64,000 nt of DNA from assembly GCA_046483985.1 (NCBI GenBank), contig JAWOCD010000099.1, positions 1 to 64,000 on the forward strand, in the 5' to 3' direction. The DNA is from Promethearchaeia archaeon. Its GTDB lineage: Archaea > Asgardarchaeota > Lokiarchaeia > Sigyniarchaeales > SOKP01. The position numbers and the translations under genes were made by a program. The notes beneath the pieces are model-generated. The model did no database searches. It saw only the letters and a program-made list of their open reading frames with translations, and was not told where the DNA came from. Of this stretch, positions 31,607 to 40,836 are shown one piece after another; within the stretch, counting starts at the first letter, position 1; every line of letters starts with the position of its first letter.

Positions 31607-32086
31607 TTAGATATAATAACCAGTCCTGTCTTCTCTAACCTGGGAATCTTTATCATCGTCATCCCCGTCGTCATCCTCGTCAGCGTCAGTCATTAACTTT
31701 TTATATAAACTACGAATTAAATCCTTAGGATCTTGATTAGGATCTAAATCCAAATCTTTGAAATCGTTAATATTAAATTTAAAAATGCCTCCATTTTTCA
31801 TAGGGACCATCCGTCCCTTAAATTTTTTCTTCATCCGTTTTGCTTTCTTGTGTTTTTCGTTGAGTTCTTTTTTCATTAATTTTTTAAGTTCTTCTGCAAC
31901 CAATTCATCTAATTCTTCAGGAGGATCAAAATTTAGCAATTGTCTGGTCCCAAATCTTTCTGTAATGGATTCTAAAGCATCCATTCTCTTATCTTCGGGT
32001 ATCTCGGAAAGAGAATCAAGACCAATTAAACTTACAATATTAGACCAGTCTAGTTTAATGGTCCAACGTAAATTTTCTTTTCTCAT
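31607..32086 (-). CDS. Hypothetical protein (charged, acidic C-terminus)
   Basis: 159-aa ORF with normal composition and no recognised motif. Confidence 0.7.
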   Translation of the reverse strand: MRKENLRWTIKLDWSNIVSLIGLDSLSEIPEDKRMDALESITERFGTRQLLNFDPPEELDELVAEELKKLMKKELNEKHKKAKRMKKKFKGRMVPMKNGGIFKFNINDFKDLDLDPNQDPKDLIRSLYKKLMTDADEDDDGDDDDKDSQVREDRTGYYI

Positions 32087-32423
32087 TATCTCTTCTATGA
32101 CTTATTCCTAATTTATTATAAGTAAACACAAAAATTAAAGTTATTCCTTTGATATGTTAATAAAATTGCGACATAAAAATGATGGGATTTGAGATTATTA
32201 GTGAAATAACGTATCTTTTTCTTTATTAAAATATATCTGTCAGAAAAAGATCTGTGAACGGCACATGGTACGCACCGATTATTTATAAATAAACTGTCCG
32301 TGGAAGCGCTCTGGCTCTAGTATGGGCGGCATTTAAATCGTTTAGCTAATTAGACATTGGTAAGAAAATTTTTATAAGAAATCCACAAAAATGAGTATTA
32401 TTACTTAAAAATTAATTTTAATA

Positions 32424-34598
32424 TTGATTTCAATGAAAAAAAAAACGAAATACCAATATCTTAGATCAATTGTATTGATCCTTGCCATCTTGGGTATGTC
32501 TAGCGGTACTTTAGTAGGTGCGCTACTAATTAGGAGTGATTCCGAAACGATAGATTTTATGATTGACGAAGAAACCGTGAGAAAATATGGATTCTTTGAT
32601 AAAATCGGGGAAACAAGAATTACCGGAACCATTCTTAAACCCGCTGGAGCAGATATCGATGAGTCAAAGGAGAGACCGTGTGTGTTTGTCTTTCACGGCA
32701 TGTTTATGAATCGATTTCTCCAGCAGCAAACCGCGATGTATTTTGTCGAAGCGGGAATGTATGTGGTGATGCTCGATCATGTAGGACAAGGCGAATCTAT
32801 GGGAAAATACCGCTTGGGATATGAATTAGAAGCATTAGGAAAAACAGTGATAGATTATTTTACTGCCGAGGGATTTGAAAAATTCAATATGAATGTAGAT
32901 CTTGACGCGCTTGGATGTAATGGACATTCATACGGAGGGGTAACCTCTGCTTTCGCCGGAATTAACCGGAACAATCGGATAAAAGCAATAGCTTCCATAT
33001 GGAGTTGGTCAGAATTACCCCAGACTGTAGCAGACATCATGATGGGTATTGGAACTAAGCCCGAAGATCAATTTGATAATCCTATCTATCAATTTCTTAC
33101 CTCCCTTACTAATTTTGGAGACGCACTCTATTATGATAGGGAAGGAGATTACTCTCAAAAACCAGAGGATATACTAAATACCTTGGAGGATAGAAATATA
33201 AAAGACCGAGTTAACTATACCAAGAAATTACCTCCAAATTGGTTATTAATTACGGCAGAAAACGATGAATTAATAACACCTGACCAGCAAATTAAATTGA
33301 TAGCAAAAGCAAGTTGGAATGCTACGACTGGCACGCAATTTTCGGAGTGGAATGATAAAATTTCCGAGTCGATTGAGGAAAACAAGGAATGGACCAATTT
33401 GGAGTATTCGGATAGGAGTATAAAAGGTTCTTTTGAAAGCGGTACAGCTAGAAGTCTATCCTTACCCGAAGGAGAACCCTTTGGACACTTAATGGAAGGT
33501 TTTCTTGTTTCTTCGTATGTAAAAATTATGGAATGGTTTGGAGATGCCTTTAACTGGGAGGTTAAAGAGGTTGTAAATTCGTTAAAGGAAACTGGATTAG
33601 AAACCGATATGTTGGGAATCGATGGACCAGTTCCTGCTTTAGCTACATTTAAATTCGTAGCGGGAATTATTGCCATTATTTCCTTAGTAATTAGCTTACC
33701 CGCCATTATTTCATTCTTGGTACGGAAGTTTAAATTCGACGGGGATGAAATAAAATATCAAGAATTTATAAATTCATATGATAACTATTCTAAACTTAGA
33801 TATGAAGGGTTTGAATTAAAATTAATTGGGATAGCGATCCTGATTTACTTGGGCGCAGAATTTCTTTCAATTATATTACCGATGGGATTAGGAATTAACC
33901 CCAAAGCTTTTGGAATCCCTTATATTGTGGGCGATGCCCTAATTATTATTATGGCGATGCGTTATCTTATCGTTCTCCCCGCAATACTGATTTTATTTTA
34001 TTATCTGGTGAAAAAAATCAAAACTCCCATTAACCTCAAGAAAATCGGGATTTCGCCCGAGAAAAAAGAAATTTTCAAGGACCTTCTCTTGGGCAGTATC
34101 ATCGGAGCATTCTTTATAATCTTCTTTAACTTGATGTCGTTTATTTCGGTCGCACCACGGATGATTCCCCGTGAAAGCCCAACATTGGGATACTTTGGAT
34201 TTTTCCTTTTAATGGTTTATTTCTTTATCTTTTTCCTCATAGACGAAATAAGCTTTCGTGGAATAGTTCAAACCAAAATCCATGATTTTATCTACACAAA
34301 ACTACAGAGAAAACCCGCTTGGCTAAAAAAATGGGTAGAATTTTTTATTGCTAGTGGATTTCAAGTGATTATGTTGTTAGGAGGGACTTTCTTGGGAATG
34401 GTTTTATTCCTCGGGGGGCTCCCTCCGGTACTGGTGAGCGTGGTTCTTATAGGTGGATTCTCAACAACATTTATACCCGCATTTCTTAGTACCTATATCT
34501 ATCAAAGGACTAGGAGAATTATTCCATGTGTCATATCCTCGACATTGATTCTTACATTCTTGCTAGGCGGGAGCCTATTCGGTGCCACGCTCTTCTAA
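32424..34598 (+). CDS. Alpha/beta hydrolase fused to a C-terminal CAAX-protease (Abi)-like multi-TM domain
   Basis: FHG, DHVGQGES, GHSYGG; C-terminal DEISFRGIVQ (EExxFRG-like) and YQRTRRIIPC. Likely ATG at 32433. Confidence 0.8.
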   Translation: MISMKKKTKYQYLRSIVLILAILGMSSGTLVGALLIRSDSETIDFMIDEETVRKYGFFDKIGETRITGTILKPAGADIDESKERPCVFVFHGMFMNRFLQQQTAMYFVEAGMYVVMLDHVGQGESMGKYRLGYELEALGKTVIDYFTAEGFEKFNMNVDLDALGCNGHSYGGVTSAFAGINRNNRIKAIASIWSWSELPQTVADIMMGIGTKPEDQFDNPIYQFLTSLTNFGDALYYDREGDYSQKPEDILNTLEDRNIKDRVNYTKKLPPNWLLITAENDELITPDQQIKLIAKASWNATTGTQFSEWNDKISESIEENKEWTNLEYSDRSIKGSFESGTARSLSLPEGEPFGHLMEGFLVSSYVKIMEWFGDAFNWEVKEVVNSLKETGLETDMLGIDGPVPALATFKFVAGIIAIISLVISLPAIISFLVRKFKFDGDEIKYQEFINSYDNYSKLRYEGFELKLIGIAILIYLGAEFLSIILPMGLGINPKAFGIPYIVGDALIIIMAMRYLIVLPAILILFYYLVKKIKTPINLKKIGISPEKKEIFKDLLLGSIIGAFFIIFFNLMSFISVAPRMIPRESPTLGYFGFFLLMVYFFIFFLIDEISFRGIVQTKIHDFIYTKLQRKPAWLKKWVEFFIASGFQVIMLLGGTFLGMVLFLGGLPPVLVSVVLIGGFSTTFIPAFLSTYIYQRTRRIIPCVISSTLILTFLLGGSLFGATLF

Positions 34599-34698
34599 AA
34601 ACTAAAGATCTTTTTCTTTTTCTTTGATAATCAAAAAATCGTTATAATTAAAAACTTAGAAATTTATATAAACATAAAAGCAAAATGAGGATGAGATA

Positions 34699-35892
34699 TT
34701 GACTGACGAAAGTAATGATATAGTCGAGTCCCTCAGATCATTGACCGTAAAAGAATTAAAGGATATATGCAGATTGTACTCCATCTCTGGCTATTCAAAA
34801 CTACGAAAAGCGGGAATCATCAAAAAAATCGCACGAAGTTTGTCCAAAGAGAATCTGGAACGGGCCTTGAAAGGTGAAGGACCGGAAAGAGTATCAGTTG
34901 AGGATATAGAAGCTCCACCAGAAGTAGAAAAGAGCATTCAAACCCGAACCGTGGACAATCGAACATACCTTACCTATTTATTACCCGCATTAAATAAAAA
35001 AGAATTGAAGCAAATTTGCCGGAATTTTCAGATAAGTGGATATTCAAAATATAACAAGGTTGAGCTCATCGACTATATCTTGGATTTTCTCTCGGAAGAA
35101 GAAATGCTGTTACTTATTAAAAAACGAGAATACGATATCCTTCTAGATAACATTCGGGGTGCCCTTGATAAGATCAGGGGAAAAGATAGGGAACATGTTG
35201 AAAGAATTGACATCGTAAATCCAGATAGGCATGAGGTGGAAATCACATTTAAGGGATTTAATTGGGAAGTGGTGAATTTCTTATCCGTAACTAAAGAGAA
35301 CATACAGAACCCGCTAAGAGATTGCGATTGTAGAGTGGGAGCAAATATGGGTTTCTGCAGCCATTTTTGGGTAAGTTTTATCGTCTCGTTAAAGAAAAAG
35401 TTTTTTGAATTGGAGGATTGGACATTAACCGCCATTCCCGGCATTTTAAAAACTGAAATTAAGGAACTTGAATTGAATGAAGCGGATGATGAGGATGAGG
35501 AAGAGGAAGACGCAGAAGAGGGAGATGTCACAATTGTGGATTCCGGAACCGAGGATTATAATTTGCTTAAATACTTAGGCGATAGAGTTACCGTGTATGA
35601 AGGGGAAATCAAAGAAATTGAAGAAAAAAGCTATGTATATCAAGGAAGAAATACGGTCTATTACCTTGCCACTCTCAAAAACGTGAGATTCGGGCCGCAA
35701 ATCAAGCGGAAAAGCGACTATGATGAAGATAAGATTGTGGACCGAGAGAAATTGCTTATTCGCGTAAGTGAAAAAAAATATACGGAAAACGATCTGAAGG
35801 AGGAGGATACAATTCGTTGCAACGGCGGGGTACGAAGAGATGATTTCTTAGGGTTAATGCTCAAACGGGTAACAAAAGTCGAAAAATTATAG
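34699..35892 (+). CDS. 2x HeH (Rho_N/SAP-like) + SWIM zinc finger + probable OB-fold protein
   Basis: LTVKELKDICRLYSISGYSKLRKAGII and LNKKELKQICRNFQISGYSKYNKVELI, then CDC-x8-C-x-H (CDCRVGANMGFCSH), an acidic linker and a beta-rich C-terminus. Confidence 0.75.
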   Translation: MTDESNDIVESLRSLTVKELKDICRLYSISGYSKLRKAGIIKKIARSLSKENLERALKGEGPERVSVEDIEAPPEVEKSIQTRTVDNRTYLTYLLPALNKKELKQICRNFQISGYSKYNKVELIDYILDFLSEEEMLLLIKKREYDILLDNIRGALDKIRGKDREHVERIDIVNPDRHEVEITFKGFNWEVVNFLSVTKENIQNPLRDCDCRVGANMGFCSHFWVSFIVSLKKKFFELEDWTLTAIPGILKTEIKELELNEADDEDEEEEDAEEGDVTIVDSGTEDYNLLKYLGDRVTVYEGEIKEIEEKSYVYQGRNTVYYLATLKNVRFGPQIKRKSDYDEDKIVDREKLLIRVSEKKYTENDLKEEDTIRCNGGVRRDDFLGLMLKRVTKVEKL

Positions 35893-35992
35893 TTTTCCGT
35901 TTTACCAGATTTTCTTATTTTAAGTCTAAAAATTTAAAAGAGAAAGAGTTTTTTCTATTCACGATTTTAGAGAATATCTATAGAGTGAAATT

Positions 35993-37417
35993 ATGATGGA
36001 AAATAATAAATTTGGGCTTTTAACTGATTTTTACCAACTTACAATGTGCAATGCTTATTTATTAAAGGGGATCGGAGAAAAGCGAGCAGTATTTGATTTG
36101 TTTTTCCGTAGAGCACCCTTCCAGGGAGTATATGCGATTGCCTATGGATTGAATAAAGCAATTAAAGATATCTGCAATATGAAATTCTATACAGATGACA
36201 TAGAGTTTCTCAGGAATAAAGGCACATTTTCAGAGGTTTTCCTTGATTATCTTGGAAACTGGGACTGTACTCTCACTTTTCGCAGTATCGATGAGGGACG
36301 AGTTATCTTCCCCTATGAAACCATTATGCAAGTGGAAGGACCCCTCATTCAATGTCAGCTTATTGAAACGTATTTATTAAATTCGTTTAACTTTCCCACG
36401 CTCTGTGCCACAAAAGCCAACCGAATGTGGCTTACCAGTGGAAAGGAACCCATCTTGGAGTTCGGGCTTCGTCGCGCACAGGGACCAAATGGGGGAATCT
36501 CCGCCAGCGAGGCAGCGATGGTGGGGGGTTGTGTGGGCACCTCCAATGTCCTTGCGGGAAAGATCCACGACATTGATATCAGCGGGACTCACGCGCATTC
36601 ATGGGTTATGGCGTTTGATTCCGAATTAGAGGCGTTTCGAACTTATGCTGAGATATATCCAGATTCGTGCGTGCTTCTGGTGGACACCTATGACACCTTA
36701 AAAAGTGGAGTCCCAAATGCCATAAAAGTGGGAAAAGAACTCGAGGAAAAGGGGCATAAATTGATGGGAATTCGGATAGATTCGGGAGATTTGGCATATT
36801 TCAGCAGAAAGGCACGGAAAATGTTAGATGATGCCGATCTTGATTATGTGAAAATAATTCTTTCTAATGATGTAGATGAATATATTATTTCTGAAATTCA
36901 TAAACAGCAAGGGGAGGTAGACATCTGGGGTATCGGCACGAAATTAGCAACTTGTTACGATGACCCTGCATTGGGGGGAGTCTATAAACTCTCGGATCTT
37001 GATTTCGAACCGCGATTGAAAATTTCCAGCAACGTGAAAAAGACTACGATCCCGTGTAAGAAACAAGTATTCCGAGTCTATGATGAGAATAATTATATGA
37101 CCGGTGATATTATGGAACTAATTGAGAATAAGATATTGGAAAATCAGACCGTCTATGATCCGATTAATCCTATGAGACATTATGCCCTAAACAATCCCAC
37201 ACGAGTGGAGCCGCTCTTGAATCTGAAAGTTAAGGAGGGAAAAGTTGTTAAGCCTTTAGGGGGGTGGAAAGAAGCTAGAGAAATAATGGAGGAGGATATT
37301 TCACATCTCACTGAATCCCATACGCGACTATTAAATCCCCAAACGTATAAAGTTAGTATAAGTGAACAACTTCATCAATTACGGACCAAATTGATCGATC
37401 AGCATACCGCTAAATAG
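35993..37417 (+). CDS. pncB: Nicotinate phosphoribosyltransferase
   Basis: LLTDFYQLTM, EFGLRRAQG, GTHAHSW, LVDTYDT, GIRIDSGD, GIGTKL, LGGVYKL. Confidence 0.96.
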   Translation: MMENNKFGLLTDFYQLTMCNAYLLKGIGEKRAVFDLFFRRAPFQGVYAIAYGLNKAIKDICNMKFYTDDIEFLRNKGTFSEVFLDYLGNWDCTLTFRSIDEGRVIFPYETIMQVEGPLIQCQLIETYLLNSFNFPTLCATKANRMWLTSGKEPILEFGLRRAQGPNGGISASEAAMVGGCVGTSNVLAGKIHDIDISGTHAHSWVMAFDSELEAFRTYAEIYPDSCVLLVDTYDTLKSGVPNAIKVGKELEEKGHKLMGIRIDSGDLAYFSRKARKMLDDADLDYVKIILSNDVDEYIISEIHKQQGEVDIWGIGTKLATCYDDPALGGVYKLSDLDFEPRLKISSNVKKTTIPCKKQVFRVYDENNYMTGDIMELIENKILENQTVYDPINPMRHYALNNPTRVEPLLNLKVKEGKVVKPLGGWKEAREIMEEDISHLTESHTRLLNPQTYKVSISEQLHQLRTKLIDQHTAK

Positions 37418-37564
37418 AACTTTTGGGAAAATTATCCCATACAAAATAAGGAAACTTTTGTCATTAATCACAAGATACAACGCTTAATACTTGTAATTAT
37501 ATTAAAATTTTTTTTAAGGATCAAGTAGTTTTTATTATAATAAATTTCAAAAAAGGTATAAATT

Positions 37565-39301
37565 ATGTATCATATAGACGGAACAGACTATTTGAAAGAA
37601 AAATACTACAAAAAAACTGAATCAATATGCCCAGAATGTTTAGATAAAATCGATGCGGAAATTGTCGAAGAAGACGGAGAGATTTGGATGAAGAAAACGT
37701 GCCCAGAACACGGGGACTTTAAGGATAAGATAAGTTCCTCTGCAAAATACTATAAATGGACGCATTATGGCACAGACGAGTGGTCGTTTGAAAAAGATGG
37801 GGAAACAAATCCCCCCGATTGCATGGGAGATGACCCCAGAGGCTGTCCCTATAATTGTGGACTTTGCGATGAACATATTTCTACATGTTCACTTGCATTA
37901 ATTGATGTGACAAATCGCTGTAATTTTAATTGCAACTTTTGTTATGCTAATGTAAAAAAAGCGGGTTATTTAATTGAACCGTCATTAGAAGAAATTGGAA
38001 GAATAATGGATCATTTCCGAAATAAACCAATTCCTGCTCCATCTGTAATGTTTTCAGGTGGAGAACCCACAGTCCGAAAAGATTTTCCAGAGATATGTGC
38101 AATGGCAAAAGAAAAAGGGTTTAAAGAAGTGATTGTGGCAACAAACGGATACGGGTTTCAACGAAAAAACGGCGGTCTTGAGTTTACAAAAGAGTGCTTT
38201 GAAAAAGGATTAGATACATTATATTTCCAATTTGACGGAATTAACAATGAAACTTACGAAAAAACCCGGGGTATTAAAAATTTAATGCCATATAAAGAGC
38301 GGGTAATCGAAAACTGTCGAAAAGCGGGATTATCATCTGTGGTTCTTGTAGCGACCATTGTAAAGGGAGTTACAGACCTCGAGGTAGGAAATATTATTCA
38401 ATACGCAATTGACAACATTGACGTAGTTCGTGGAATAACCTATCAACCTGTGTCACTCTGTGGACGTATTGCGGCAGAAGAAAGAATGGATTTACGGATT
38501 ACGAATGCAGATGTCATCAAAGAAATAGATAAACAAACCAACGGTAAAATTGGAATTGAAAATTCATGGTATCCTTTAACCTCCATTGTAGAACTAGGAA
38601 GATTAATTTCCTATATAGCAGATGTAGATCCCGTGGAATTTACATGTCATCCTGACTGTGGATTTGCTACCTATATGGTTATCGATCCAGATACCAACGA
38701 ATTAGTTCCGATCACAGATTACTTTGATCCGGTGAAAATTATCGATTTCTCAAACAAGTTATGGAACAAGGTCAAACATAAAGAAAACGAACCAATTGAC
38801 TTTTTCTCAAATCTTTTAGGTAATTTCAGCGAAGTAGGAGAATCCGTTGGGGAATTATTAGATAAAGGCGCCAATTGGCTTGATAAAAAACAAATAAGCG
38901 CTAGATTCTTAGCTGGTATGTTGCAATATACGAAGAAGCCGGGTAAGTTGATGGAATTATTTAGCAGAGTATTATTAAACGGAAATTGGGAAGCAATAAG
39001 TTCATTTACTCATGGAACTCTGTTGATTTCATCCATGCACTTTCAAGATGCATACAATATGGATCTTGAGCGAACAAGACGATGTATTGTTCATTTTGGG
39101 TATGCAATGCCTGATGGCAGTGTATATGAAGCCCCGTTCTGTACGACGAACACATTGCATAGACCCGAAATCGAAAAGAAGATCGCAAAGAAGGTAACTC
39201 CTAAGGTAGAAAACGAATTTGATACTTCTAAAGGAGTACGCGTCGAGAATATTGAGGAAGAAATCGCCCATAATGGTGGAACCGAAAAAAAATCTGAATA
39301 A
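37565..39301 (+). CDS. tes: Tetraether lipid synthase (Tes/GDGT-MAS, MJ0619-family radical SAM)
   Basis: Rubredoxin-like TESICPEC...KTCPEHG, GCPYNCGLCDEH, radical SAM DVTNRCNFNCNFCYA, SGGEPT, TCHPDCG, MHFQDAYN...RCIVH...PFC. Confidence 0.85.
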   Translation: MYHIDGTDYLKEKYYKKTESICPECLDKIDAEIVEEDGEIWMKKTCPEHGDFKDKISSSAKYYKWTHYGTDEWSFEKDGETNPPDCMGDDPRGCPYNCGLCDEHISTCSLALIDVTNRCNFNCNFCYANVKKAGYLIEPSLEEIGRIMDHFRNKPIPAPSVMFSGGEPTVRKDFPEICAMAKEKGFKEVIVATNGYGFQRKNGGLEFTKECFEKGLDTLYFQFDGINNETYEKTRGIKNLMPYKERVIENCRKAGLSSVVLVATIVKGVTDLEVGNIIQYAIDNIDVVRGITYQPVSLCGRIAAEERMDLRITNADVIKEIDKQTNGKIGIENSWYPLTSIVELGRLISYIADVDPVEFTCHPDCGFATYMVIDPDTNELVPITDYFDPVKIIDFSNKLWNKVKHKENEPIDFFSNLLGNFSEVGESVGELLDKGANWLDKKQISARFLAGMLQYTKKPGKLMELFSRVLLNGNWEAISSFTHGTLLISSMHFQDAYNMDLERTRRCIVHFGYAMPDGSVYEAPFCTTNTLHRPEIEKKIAKKVTPKVENEFDTSKGVRVENIEEEIAHNGGTEKKSE

Positions 39302-39319
39302 TAATTAGGAGGATTGAAA

Positions 39320-39616
39320 ATGAGTAAAGAAAAGAAAGAAGCCGTAGTAGAAACCGAGGATGGACTAAAGATCAGAAAATTGACCGAATTACGGCCAACA
39401 GCAGGACAAGAATATAAGGAAGCGATGCTAAATCGTGTTGATTATTTCTCAGAAAAATACAAAAACGAATCCATCTTCAATAGTATTACAGAAAATACGA
39501 TTGTAAAGGGTATGGGTACTATACTCAAATTTAAGTCCAAAGTGGACGACGTACTCGGCGATAACAAGGAAAAAGTGCAAAATATAATTCAAAAAGCTCT
39601 TTTATTTGGTCTTTAG
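39320..39616 (+). CDS. Small hypothetical protein directly downstream of tes
   Basis: Strong AGGAGG RBS at about 39307-39312; starts 18 bp after the tes stop; followed by a T-rich tract. Confidence 0.75.
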   Translation: MSKEKKEAVVETEDGLKIRKLTELRPTAGQEYKEAMLNRVDYFSEKYKNESIFNSITENTIVKGMGTILKFKSKVDDVLGDNKEKVQNIIQKALLFGL

Positions 39617-39716
39617 CCCTAAATCTTTTATTTATTTTTTATTTTTTTTTATGAAAAATTAACTATTTAGACTAAAATTACATGTTTATGAATCATATAT
39701 AAGGAGAAATATAAGG

Positions 39717-40781
39717 ATGGTTAACTTGCTATTGACAATTCCGATCACCGTTATGTTTATTTTAAATGGATTTGGTCAATTATATTATGGAATTAAATTA
39801 AAAAAACAATTTACAAAACAGCACAATCTCCATAACACCATATTTGCAATGGGTTTATGGATTACTGCGGGAATCTTATATCCCTTTTATTATTCAACAT
39901 ATAATGCACAAATTGCATGGCTTCAATCAATTTCATTATTTTGCATTTTAGGAATCACGCCCTTAATGATCTTTCTAATTCTGTTTTATCAATATCTTTT
40001 AGTGAAAAAGAACCCAGAGATTAAGAACAAGAGAAATATTAATATTTTTTTGGAAAATTATGACAAGCGAAATAAAGGAAAAAAATATACATATAAGACG
40101 GATCTTCACAGGAAAGCCCTTCATCTTTTTCCAGCAAGTGTTATATTATTTATACTAATCTTTGCAACACATATTTGGGATGGGATGTGGAACCAAAATT
40201 TGGTTTGGGGGATTTCGGGGGGGGATTACGGTCGATTTTTAATGTTAACAGCTGGTTTCTCCGGAATATTGATATTTGCGGCATTAGACTATGTACGCTT
40301 ATCCTATATCTTCAAAAAGAGTACAATGTATCATTTATTACCCAATAATGTGGAAGAATTATTAGGAAAAGCAATGAAGCGAAAGGAAATTTTTGAATTC
40401 ACGAAGCCCGCTTCATTGGTCTTAGCGATGGCCCCCCTTTTTATCTTTCCATTTGGAGTGTTCTGTGCAGCGGCTATGATCGCAACGCTGGGAGATGGTG
40501 CGGCCTCGGTCATTGGAATGAGATATGGAAAAAAGCATTTCCCGAAAAATAGCTCAAAAACAGTTATCGGGTATGTGGGAGGATTCTTGGCATCATTTGG
40601 AGTGTCCATCCCTTGTTTACTGCTTTTTGACGCGCATCTGGGAATGGCAAAGATCTTACTGATTTCCCTAGGGGGAGCCAGTATGTTTTTTTTGGTGGAT
40701 CTCTTAAACTTAGAAATCGATGATAATATGCTGAACCCGATTCTTGCGGGCTCGATGATGGCATTTCTCTATTTTCTTTAA
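39717..40781 (+). CDS. CTP-dependent polyprenol/phytol/dolichol kinase family membrane protein
   Basis: RKALHL, LGDGAASVIGMRYGK, SKTVIG, IDDNMLNP. Confidence 0.85.
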   Translation: MVNLLLTIPITVMFILNGFGQLYYGIKLKKQFTKQHNLHNTIFAMGLWITAGILYPFYYSTYNAQIAWLQSISLFCILGITPLMIFLILFYQYLLVKKNPEIKNKRNINIFLENYDKRNKGKKYTYKTDLHRKALHLFPASVILFILIFATHIWDGMWNQNLVWGISGGDYGRFLMLTAGFSGILIFAALDYVRLSYIFKKSTMYHLLPNNVEELLGKAMKRKEIFEFTKPASLVLAMAPLFIFPFGVFCAAAMIATLGDGAASVIGMRYGKKHFPKNSSKTVIGYVGGFLASFGVSIPCLLLFDAHLGMAKILLISLGGASMFFLVDLLNLEIDDNMLNPILAGSMMAFLYFL

Positions 40782-40836
40782 TTTTTTTGTTATGAGATTA
40801 GAAGATCTGGAATCCAATAACAATCTATGTCAAACT

